A program made the translations under genes and the position numbers. This document shows positions 12,721 through 22,710 of a DNA stretch of 64,000 bases, piece by piece. The notes under the pieces are model-generated. The model was given only the letters and a program-made list of their open reading frames with translations. It made no database searches and had not been told where the DNA came from. Source of the stretch: Scyliorhinus canicula (lineage: Eukaryota). How positions within the stretch are numbered: the first letter of the stretch is position 1; the number at the start of each line of letters is the position of its first letter. The stretch is from positions 12,014,566 through 12,078,565 of the forward strand of contig NC_052157.1 in NCBI RefSeq assembly GCF_902713615.1, written 5' to 3'.

Positions 12721-13443
12721 ATGAAATCCCCTCCCTAACAGCACTGTGGGGGTACCTACACCACATAGACTGTGGCGGTTTAAAAAGGCAGCTCACCACC
12801 ACATTCTCAAGGGACAATTAGAGATGGGCAATAAATACTTGCCTAGCCAGCGACGCCCGTATCCCGTAAAAGAGAAAACACATATTTGCCGTAAATTGTT
12901 TTGCCCCATCAAACTTTACGTGAAATAATGGTCAAAGAACCTTGACGAGAAGGCTGGACCTTGGATGTGAAGAATCCACTCAAATGGACTGTTCTGCTCC
13001 CCTCCCCCAAGCCTTTGACCTTGCTCACTTCACTTGTTGAACAAATTATTAGAGCTCAGTTTATTGATATAAACTTTCAGTAAGGTTTTCCCCACTCCAA
13101 ACTTTTTCTTTTCTCCCATACAAGATATGCTCAAAAAATGGATGGGCTAATGGGGAAAAGAGTGGGGGAAGTGTGACGAACTGGATTGCTCTTGAAATGA
13201 GCCCGTGAAGGCTTGATGGGCCAAGCTATTTTTTTTTTTGCAAAAATATACTTTATTCGTAAAATATCTGAAAACAAAAACAGTACAAACATCCCAAAAT
13301 GGGCATCACACAAAGTGCAATAATAGTCAGGTTCTCTACATACATCATGTTGCACTCTTGAGGCACTTCAATACAGTCAAAGAAACATTACAGACATTTA
13401 AAAATGGTCATTCCAAATGGTACAAAGATATTTAAGTTGTCTA

Positions 13444-13576
13444 AGTCAGCTTTGACAGAGTCACCAGACTCGAAACGTTAGCTCTTTTCTCTCCCTACAG
13501 ATGCTGCCAGACCTGCTGAGATTTTCCAGCATTGTCCCTTTCCTTTCAGATTCCAGCATCCGCAGTAATTTGCTTT
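13444..13576 (+). mobile_element. 133-bp Penelope-derived mini element with 15-bp TSD and a degenerate hammerhead
   Basis: TSD tatttaagttgtcta at 13429-13443 and 13577-13591; AGCT TTGACA GAGTC acca GACTC GAAA CG TT AGCT. Confidence 0.6.
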
Positions 13577-14413
13577 TATTTAAGTTGTCTACCTAGATCA
13601 AAAGCACTATGAGGTGCTTCAATACAATTGTGATACATATAATATTTACTGTGTACATTCAATGCAAGTCATGCTGCTTGATGGGGGGGGGGTTCTACAC
13701 AATTCCCAGATGCTCAGCTTACTATTACTCGATGGGCTGAATGTTCTCCTTCTGTGCTGCCCATGGGTCTATTAGAAGTCTCAAAGCTCAATTTGTCTCC
13801 CTCCCCCTTCCTCCGCACCCTCTCTAAAGTCAGGATTTCGTCAGTCATCTGGGATAATGACCAGAAATGGCTCCACATGTCCAAAATTACCCTCCGGGAC
13901 CCAAATACTACTCCGCTCCCCAAAGGTTATCTGCATTTCTCAGGTTTACGCATCTTTCACCTAAGTCTGTTTTTCCACCTCAACAAGCAGGTGGGCGGCA
14001 TGGTGGCAGAGTGGTTTAGCACTGTTGCTGCACAGCTCCAGGGACCCGGGTTCAAATCCCGCCTTGGGTCACTGTCTGTGTGGAGTTTGTACGTTGTTCT
14101 CCCCTTGTCTGCATGGGTTTCCTCCGGATGCTCCGGTTTCCTCCCACAGTCCAAAGATGTGCAAATTAGCTGGATTGGCCATGCTAAATTGACCTTCAGT
14201 GTCCAAAAGGTTAGGTGGGGGGTGGTCACTGGGTTTCGGGGATAGGATGAAGGTGTGGGCTTAAGTGGGGTGCTCTTTCCAAGGGACCGGTGCACACTCG
14301 ATGGGCTGAATGACCTCCTTCTGCGGCATAAATTCTATGATTTTACAATTGTGTGCCATTTTACTCAATATATTGGGGAGTTGAGACCCCCCCCCCCCCC
14401 ACAAGGAGCCATA

Positions 14414-15092
14414 AGTTTCGGGTTCCAAGTTACCAGTTGTTTGTTGTCATCAGCTTCAACCTGTGCCTTTCCCTCAAACCCAATTCAAATCTATTTCCTT
14501 CTAGGAAAACGAAAGGGTATAACGAGTCTCAGAACATCACCAGATGCCTGCCAGGGTCTGGCCTCCGCGCCTGGGGAATGTGAAAGTGAAACTTCCCCTC
14601 TCGCGTCTCAGGGGTTTATGTAAACAAAAGGGAAAACATTCCTATTTTCTATCGCCTTTGGTGGGAGTGTCAGTGAGCGGTTCCCTGTAATCGCCCTGGA
14701 GATGCAATGGGCATATTGGCTTCTGTCCCCATTACTTTTATCCCCCCTCCCCGTGCTCCCCTCCCATCACTTTGAGACAATAAAATCTGCCTCGCCAGCC
14801 CATCTGTCCTGGATCCTCTCTGGGTGTGAGGATCAGTTCTGTGTCACCAGAATGTTTTGAATAAGTCTTGCCTTCTCTTCCCCCCCCCCCCCCTCCCATG
14901 CAGCAATTTATTCCAGCTTCAAACCCGGAAGCTTCCGAAACCCAAACATCAGTGTTAACGTGGCTACAATTCCCCAAGTTTCCTCTTTTCTAAGAATGTC
15001 AGCAAAACTGGTGTGTGAGTGAGTCTTGGCTGGCTCTTCCAATAATAGGGGTTCCCCAGATGCTCACCTATCCGGGAGTGATTTCCCTGGAA
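14414..15092. promoter_or_regulatory. Candidate interferon-response enhancer in ISG20 intron 1 (ISRE/GAS/kB cluster)
   Basis: GAAAGTGAAACT 14582-14593; GAAAACGAAAG 14505-14515; AGTTTCGGGTTCC 14414-14426; TTCTAGGAA 14499-14507; TTCTAAGAA 14988-14996; GGGGTTCCCC 15048-15057; TTCCCTGGAA 15083-15092. Confidence 0.55.
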
Positions 15093-15215
15093 GGAAGGAG
15101 AAGCTACTGGGCAAGTCTGGTTTGCAGAGTCACATCATCCAGACAAGTGAACCGGTTTCAATGAAGCTGCAAAAACAACACACACACACACACACACACA
15201 CAAATTGCAGCTTAC

Positions 15216-15446
15216 CTCCTCCCTGGCGATACGATAAGGCAGCGCAGTGTCCATGTCTAACGGGCGAATCCCGCTCACTCGGGTCCTGAAATCAGTTATC
15301 GTCCCATCCGGCTTAATAAATTTGTCATAGATCACTGACCCGCTGTAGTCCACAATGCTACAACTGGCCAGGGCACTCTCACAGCCATTGGGGCCGAGTC
15401 CCACCATCTCACAGTCAATGGCAACGTACTTGGTCGGGTCTACCAT
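15216..15446 (-). CDS. ISG20: ISG20-like DEDDh 3'-5' exonuclease, coding exon 1 (77 codons)
   Basis: ATG at 15446 in good Kozak context (aagATGG). Reads [34 protein letters not shown]...DKFIKPDGTITDFRTRVSGI..., with Exo I D11/E13, ISG20-type GLGP and RTRVSG, and no N-terminal extension. Ends at donor GAG|GTAAGC, phase 0. Confidence 0.88.
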
Positions 15447-15509
15447 CTTTCCAGCTCCTCTCTCGCTTTCCCCCACCGCCCCCCGCAATCAACAGCGGCC
15501 AACTCAGAG

Positions 15510-15556
15510 TGAGTGAAACAGCAACGTTTTCCTTCCTCTTTTATACACTTCCTCAT
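15510..15556 (-). promoter_or_regulatory. ISG20 core promoter: TATA box, Inr and ETS/PU.1 site
   Basis: TATAAAAG at 15545-15538. An Inr-like TCACTC has its A at 15514, 31 nt downstream. ATGAGGAAGTG lies immediately upstream of the TATA. Confidence 0.6.
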
Positions 15557-15737
15557 CCAGCTACTGGAGTTCGCTGGCGCCACCTTCGTACCAAGTACCT
15601 GCCTGCAACCACAGGGCAAAAATTAGAGACAGAAAACACACACAAACAGAAACGCAATTTCAACAAGAGCTGGCTTCCTGCTCTCTTGTGTGATACCAGT
15701 AAGAAGTCTTACAACATCTTTGTTTGCACTGGAGTCC

Positions 15738-15900
15738 TGAACTTGGTGCATTTGAGTGCTGTAGTGAGAGTTTGGTGACTGAGGGAGTGCTGAACTTGGA
15801 GCATTTGAGTGTTATAGTGAGAGTTTGGTGACTGAGGGAGTGCTGAACTTGGTGCATTTGAGTGTTATACAGTAGTGAGAGTTTGGTGACTGAGGGAGTT
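15738..15900 (+). repeat. Three ~53-bp tandem repeats in the CR1 5'UTR
   Basis: tgaacttggtgcatttgagtg(c/t)t(g/a)tagtgagagtttggtgactgagggagt occurs three times. Confidence 0.85.
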
Positions 15901-17522
15901 AGGTGAGGAGGGAGCAAGGTCCTTTCATTTCATTTCCACAAAGAGCGAGAAGGGAGCCAGAAGTTTACAGAGTGCAACTGACTGGGAGCAGAGTCGGAGG
16001 TCCAGTTGGTCTACAGGGCAGCTATTTTCTGTAAAGTAAGAGGGGATGGAGGCTAGGGCAGTTGCATGCTTCTGTAGGATGTGGGTGGTGAGGGATACCA
16101 CCGGTGTCCCCGCTGACTATACCTGCGGGAAGTGCACCCAACTCCAGCTCCTCAGAGACCGTGTTAGGGAACTGGAGCTGGAGCTGGATGAACTTCGGAT
16201 CATCCGGGAGAAGAGTTAAAGGGAGGTAGCCACACCCAAGGTACTGGACAAGAGTAGTTGGGTTACAGTCAGGGGAAAGAAAACGAACAGGCAGACAGTG
16301 CAGGGATCCCTCGTGGCCGTTCCCCTTCAAAACAAGTATACCATTTAGAATGCTGTTGGGGGGGATGACCTACCGGGGGAAGGCCCTAGCGGCCAGGTCT
16401 CTGGCACTGAGTCTGGCTCTGGTGCTCAGAAGGGAAGGGGGGAGAATAGAAAAGCAATAGTAATGGGCGATTCAATGGTTAGGGGAATAGATAGGAAATT
16501 ATGTGGTCACGAGCGAGACTCCCGGAAGGTATGTTGCCTCCCAGGTGCCAGGGATGTCTCGGATCGTGTCTTCAGGATCCTGAAGGGGGAGGGTGAGCAG
16601 CCAGAAGTTGTGGTGTACATTGGTACCAACGACGCAGGTAGGGAAAGGGGTGTGGTGGTAATAAACAAGTTTAGGGAGTTAGGCTGGAAGTTAAAGGCCA
16701 GGACAGGCAGAGTTGTCATCTCTGGTTTGTTGCCGGTGCCACGTGATAGCGAGGCTAGGAATAGGGAGAGAGCGCAGTTGAACACGTGGCTGCAGGAATG
16801 GCGTAGGAGGGAGGGCTTCAGGTATTTGGATAATTGGAGTGCATTCTGGGGAAGGTGGGACCTGTACAAGCAGGACGGGTTGCATCTGAACCAGAGGTGC
16901 ACCAATATCCTGCGAGGGAGGTTTTCTAGTACTCTTCGGGAGGGTTTAAACTAATTTGGCAGGGGAATGGGAACCGGATTTGTAGTCCAGCAACTAAGGA
17001 AGCCGATATTCGGGACGCCAAAGCATGTAGTGATGCAGTGGGGAAGGTAACACTGACAAAGGAGAGTACTTGCAGGCAAGGGGATGGGTTGAAGTGTGTA
17101 TACTTCAACACACGAAGCATCAGGAATAAGGTGGGTGAACTTAAGGCATGGATCGGTAATTGGGACTACGATGTGGTGGCCATCACGGAAACTTGGATAG
17201 AAGAGGGGCAGAAATAGTTGTTGGAGGTCCCTGGTTATAGATGTTTCAACAAGATTAGCGAGGATGGTAAAAGAGGTGGTGGGGTGGCATTGTTAATTAG
17301 AGATAGTATAACAGCTGCAGAAAGGCAGTTCGAGGAGGATCTGCCTACTGAGGTAGTATGGGTTGAATTCAGAAATAGGAAAGGAGCAGTCACCTTGTTG
17401 GGAGTTTTCTATAGGCCCCCCAATAGCAGCAGAGATGTGGAGGAACAGATTGGGAAACAGATTTTGGAAAGGTGCAGAAGTCACAGGGTAGTAGTCATGG
17501 GTGACTTCAACTTCCCAAATAT

Positions 17523-17743
17523 GGGCAGCACGGTGGTGCAGTGGTTAGCATTGCTGCCTATGGCGCTGAGGACCTGGGTTCGAATCCCGGCCCTGGGTCA
17601 CTGTCCGTGTGGAGTTTGCACATTCTCCCCGTATCTGCGTGGGTTTCACCCCCACAACCCAAAGATGTGCAGGGTAGGTGGATTGGCCACGCTAAATTGC
17701 CCCTTAATTGGAAAAAATAATTGGGTACTCTAAATTTAAAAAA
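17523..17743 (+). mobile_element. Short A-tailed HE1-type SINE inside CR1 ORF2, 14-bp TSD
   Basis: TSD aacttcccaaa(t/c)at at 17509-17522 and 17744-17757. Confidence 0.9.
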
Positions 17744-20443
17744 AACTTCCCAAACATTGAGTGGAAACTCTTTAGATCAAATAGTTTGGATGGGGTGGTG
17801 TTTGTGCAGTGTGTTCAGGAGCTTTTCTAACACAGTATGTAGATTGTCCGACCAGAGGGGAGGCCATATTGGATTTGGTACTTGGTAATGAACCAGGGCA
17901 ACTGATAGATTTGTAAGTTGAGGAGCATTTTGGAGATAGTGACCACAATTCTGTGACTTTCACTTTAGTAATGGAGAGGGATAGGTGTGTGCAACAGGCA
18001 AGGTTTACAATTGGCGGAAAGGTAAATACAATGCTGACAGACAGGAATTGAATTGCGTAAGTTGGGAACATAGGCTGTCAGGGAAGGACACAAGTGAAAT
18101 GTAGAACTTGTTCAAGGAACAGGTACTACGTGTCTTTGATATGTATGTCCCTGTCAGGCAGGGAAGAGATGGTCAAGTGAGGGAACCATGGTTGACAAGA
18201 GAGGTTGACTGTCTTGTTAAGAGGAAGAAGGAGACTTATGTAAGGCTGAGGAAACAAGGTTCAGACAGGGCGCTGGAGGGATACAAGATAGCCAGGAGGG
18301 AACTGAAGAAAGGGATTAGGAGAGCTAGGAGAGGGCATGAAAAATATTTGGCGTGTAGGATCAAGGAAAACCCCAAGGCCTTTTACACATATGTGAGAAA
18401 TATGAGAATGACTAGAGCGAGGGTAGGTCCGATCAAGGACAGTAGCGGGAGATTGTGTATTGAGTCTGAAGAGTTAGGAGAGGTCTTGAACGAGTACTTT
18501 TCTTCAGTATTTACAAACGAGAGGGGCCATCTTGTTGGAGAGGACAGTGTGAAACAGACTGATAAGCTCGAGGAGATACTTGTCAGGAAGGAAGGTGTGT
18601 TGGGTGTTTTGAAAAACTTGAGGAAAGACAAGTCCCCCGGGCCTGACGAGATATATCCAAGGATTCTATGGGAAGCAAGAAATGAAATTGCAGAGCCGTT
18701 GGCAATGATCTTTTCATCCTCACTGTCAACAGGGGTGGTACCAGGGGATTGGAGAGTGGCGAATGTTGTGCCCCTGTTCAAAAAAGGGAATAGGGATAAC
18801 CCTGGGAATTACAGGCCAGTTAGTCTTACTTCGGTGGTAGGCAAATGGAAAGGGTACTGAGGGATAGGATTTCTGAGCATCAGGAAAGACACTGCTTGAT
18901 TAGGGATAGTCAGCACGGATTTGTGAGGGGTAGGTCTTGCCTTACAAGTCTTATTGACTTATTTGAGGAGGTGACCAAGCATGTGGATGAAGGTAAAGCA
19001 GTGGATGTAGTGTACATGGATTTTAGTAAGGCATTTGATAAGGTTCCCCATGGTAGGCTTATGCAGAAAGTAAGGAGGCATGGGATAGTAGGTAATTTGG
19101 CCAGTTGGATAACAAACTGGCTAACCAATAGAAGTCAGAGAGAGTGGTGGTGGTTGGCAAATATTCAGCCTGGAGCCCAGTTACCAGTGGCGTACCGCAG
19201 GGATCAGTTCTGGGTCCTCTGCTGTTTGTGATTTTCATTAATGACTTGGATGAGGGAGTTGAAGGGTGGGTCAGTAAATTTGCAGATGATATGAAGATTG
19301 GTGGAGTTGTGGATAGTGAGGAGGGCTGTTGCCGGCTGCAAAGAGACATGGGTAGGATGCAGAGCTGGGCTGAGAAGTGGCAGATGGAGTTTAACCCTGA
19401 CAAGTGTGAGGTTGTCCATTTTCGAAGGACAAATATGAATGCGGAATGCAGGGTTAACGGTAGAGTTCTTGGCAATGTAGAGGAGCAGAGAGATCTTGGG
19501 GTCTATGTTCATAGATCTTTGAAAGTTGCCACTCAAGTGGATAGAGCTGTGAAGAAGGCCTATGGTGTGCTAGTGTTCATTAGCAGAGGGATTGAATTTA
19601 AGAGCCATGAGGTGATGATGCAGCTGTACAAAACCTTGGTCAGGCCACATTTGGAGTACTGTGTGCAGTTCTGGTCACCTCACTTTCAGAAGGATGTGGA
19701 AGCTTTGGAAAAGATGCAAAGGAGATTTACCAGGATGTTGCCTGGAATGGAGAGGTTTTACGAGGAAAGGTTGAGGGTGCTAGGCCTTTTCTCATTAGAA
19801 CGGAGAAGGATGAGGGGTGACTTGATAGAGGTTTATAAGATGATATGGGGAATAGATAGAGTAGACAGTCAGAGACTTTTTCTCCAGGTGGAACAAACCA
19901 TCACAAGGGGACATAAATTTAAGGTGAATATTGGAAGATATAGGGGTGATGTCAGAGGTAGGTTCTTTATCCAGAGAGTAGTGGGGGCATGGAATGCACT
20001 GCCTGTGGAGGTAGTTGAGTCAGAAACATTAGGGACCTTCAAGCGGCTATTGGATAGGTACATGGATTATGGTAGAATAATGGAGTGTAGATTAATTTGT
20101 TCTTAAGGGCAGCACGGTAGCATTGTGGATAGCGCAATTGCTTCACAGCTCCAGCATCCCAGGTTCGATTCGCGGCTTGGGTCACTGTCTGTGCGGAGTC
20201 TGCACATCCTTCCCGTGTGCGCGTGGGTTCCCTCCAGGTGCTCCGTTTTGCTCCCACAGTCCAAAGATGTGCAGGTTGGGTGGATTGGCCACGATAAATT
20301 GCCCTTAGATTATCATAGAATTTTGGACACTATGATTAACCTAGGACAAAAGTTCGGCACAACATCGTGGGCTGAAGGGCCTGTTCTGTGCTGTATTTCT
20401 CTATGTTCTATGTTAACACCAGGTTAAAGTCCAACTGGTTTGT

Positions 20444-20490
20444 TTCAAACACTAGCTTTCGGAGCACTGCTCCTTCCTCAGGTGAATGAA
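20444..20490 (-). ncRNA. Minimal type I hammerhead ribozyme motif (Penelope repeat)
   Basis: uucauucac CUGAGGA a GGAGC agu GCUCC GAAA gc UA gug uuugaa: core boxes, stem II, palindromic AGCU in place of stem III, and stem I pairing. Confidence 0.65.
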
Positions 20491-21734
20491 GAGGTTTGTT
20501 CCAGAAACATATATATAGACAAAGTCAAAGATACCAGACAATGCTTAGGATCCGAGCATTTGCAGGTAATTGAATCTTTACAGATGCAGAGATAGGGGTA
20601 ACCCCAGGTTAAAGAGGTGTGAATTGTCTCGAGCCAGGACAGTTGGTAGGATTTTGCAAGCCCAGGCCAGATGGTGGAGGATGAATGTAATGCAACATGA
20701 ATCCCAGGTTCCGGTTGAGGCCGCACTCATGTGTGCGGAACTTGGCCATAGGTTTTTGCTCAGCGATTCTGCGTTGTCGCTTACCCAGAGATTAGAGGCT
20801 GAATGCCCTTGACTGTTGAAGTGTTCCCCGACTGGAAGGGAACATTCCTGCCTGGTGATTGTCATGCAATGTCCGTTTATTCATTGTCACAGCGTCTGCA
20901 TGGTCTCGCCAATGTACTTCGGGACATCCTTTCCTGCAGCGTATGAGGTTGACAACGTTGGCCGAGTCACACGTACCTGGTGGGTGGTGTTCTCACGTGT
21001 AACGGTGGTATCCATGTCGATGATCTGGCACGTTTTGCAGAGATTGCCATGGCAGGGTTGTGTGGAGTCGTGGTCACTGTTCTGAAGGCTGGGTAGTTTG
21101 CTGCAAACAATGGATTGTTTGAGGTTGCGCAGTTGTTTGAAGGCAAGTAGTGGGGGTGTGGGGATGACCTTGGCAAGATGTTTATCTTCATCGATGATGT
21201 GTTGAAGGCTGCGAAGATGTCGTAGTTGCCGATGTTAGGCTTGCAAAATCCTACCAATTTGCCTGGCTTGAGACAATTCACACCTCTAACCTGGGATTAC
21301 CCTTCTCTCTGGATCTGTAAACACTTAATTACCTGCAAATGCTCGCATTCAAAGCATCATCATAGTGTATCATAGAATTTACAGTGCAGAAGGAGGCCAT
21401 TCAGCCCATCGAGTCTGCACCGGCTCTTGGAAAGAGCAAGCCAAGGTCAACAACTCCACCCTATCCCCATAACCCTGTAACCCCACCCAACACTAAGGGC
21501 AATTTTGGACACTAAGGGCAATTTATCATGGCCAATCCACCTAACCTGCACATCTTTGGACTGTGGGAGGAAACCGGAGCACCCGGAGGAAACCCACGCA
21601 CACACGGGGAGGATGTGCAGACTCCGCACAGACAGTGACCCAAGCCGGAATCGAACCTGGGACCCTGGAGCTGTGAAGCGATTGTGCTATCCACAATGCT
21701 ACATTGTCTATATGTATGTTCCTGGACATACCTC

Positions 21735-21782
21735 TTCATTCACCTGAGGAAGGAGCAGTGCTCCGAAAGCTGGTGATTTGAA
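21735..21782 (+). ncRNA. Second hammerhead motif (G at the cleavage position)
   Basis: CTGAGGA at 21744-21750, GGAGC/GCTCC stem, GAAA at 21765-21768, then GC TG GTGA. Confidence 0.55.
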
Positions 21783-22182
21783 ACAAACCTGTTGGACTTT
21801 AACCTGGTGTTGTAAGACTTCTTACTGTGCCCACCCCAGTCCAACGCCGGCATCTCCACATCATGCTCTCTGTGTGACAGGGCAATTACACTGGAGCAAC
21901 AGCAAGTGTCCAGGTCCAGCCACACCTCCAGAGCACCCTTGGCTACACTCTTTTGTTTGCATGTTGTTGCGATGCCACAAATCAGGCACACAGAATTCCA
22001 GCGCAAGAAAATGTTTTGCTAATTTTTTTTCAATGCACAATTTAGTCTGGGGGGGGGGGGCATTACAATCTTACCCCAGGAAACTGATCCCCCAAACTGA
22101 CCTCACAGGCACTCGCCTCTAACACAGTCATTGAGAGTCATTGGAGCCAGCCAGCATTATATTTTTATTGTCACAATAAACT

Positions 22183-22710
22183 GCAGTATTGTGTGCAGTT
22201 CTGGTCACCTCCTTATAGGGAGGACGTGGAAGCATTGGGAAGGTTGCAAAGGAGATTTATCAGGATGCTGCCTGGATTGGAGGGTAGGTCTTATGAGGAA
22301 AGGTTGAGGGAGCTAGGGCTTTTCTCTTTGGAGTGAAGGAGGAGAGAGGTGACTTAATTGAGGTGTACAAGATGATGAGAGGGATAGATAGAGTGGATGT
22401 TCAGTGACTTTTTCCTCAGGTGGATGTGGCTGTCACAAGGGGGCATAACTATAAGGTTCATGGTGGAAGATATAGGAGGGATGTCAGAGGTAGGTTCTTT
22501 ACTCAGAGAGTGGTTGGGGCGTGGAACGCACTCCCAGCTATGGTAGTGGAGTCGGACACTTTTGGAACTTTCAAGCGGTTATTGGATAGACATATGGAGT
22601 GCACTAGAATGATTAGGGAGTAGGTTGATTTGACCTTAGTTTCAGACTTGATCGGCACAACATCGTGGGCCGAAGGGCCTGTACTGTGCTGTACAATTCT
22701 ATGTTCTATG
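22183..22710 (+). mobile_element. CR1 3' fragment
   Basis: YCVQFWSP...RGRFFTQRVVGAWNALP; ttctatg tail. Confidence 0.85.

Larger units (their letters stand above)
15724..20412 (+). mobile_element. Near full-length CR1/HER1-type LINE, decayed
   Basis: 5' tandem repeats; ORF1 from ATG 16046 (Cys zinc finger, leucine zipper, SGNH esterase GDS..GTND..DGLH) ending at 16954. ORF2 (APE + RT, GVPQGSVLGP, FADD) is broken by a stop near 17215, frameshifts and a SINE. Tail is (TTCTATG)n. Two nested HE1 SINEs. Confidence 0.93.
20413..21865 (-). mobile_element. Penelope-like element fragment (GIY-YIG region) with inverted ~250-bp repeats
   Basis: Minus-strand remnants PCHGNLCKTCQ...NVVNLIRC..YIGETMQTL...LPVGEHFNSQGH. 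20413-20665 is inverted-repeated at 21237-21812, the second arm split by an HE1 SINE. Confidence 0.8.

Noticed and set aside
15738-15900. CRISPR-like repeat array
   Set aside because: Eukaryotic DNA, tandem units without unique spacers, part of a LINE 5'UTR.
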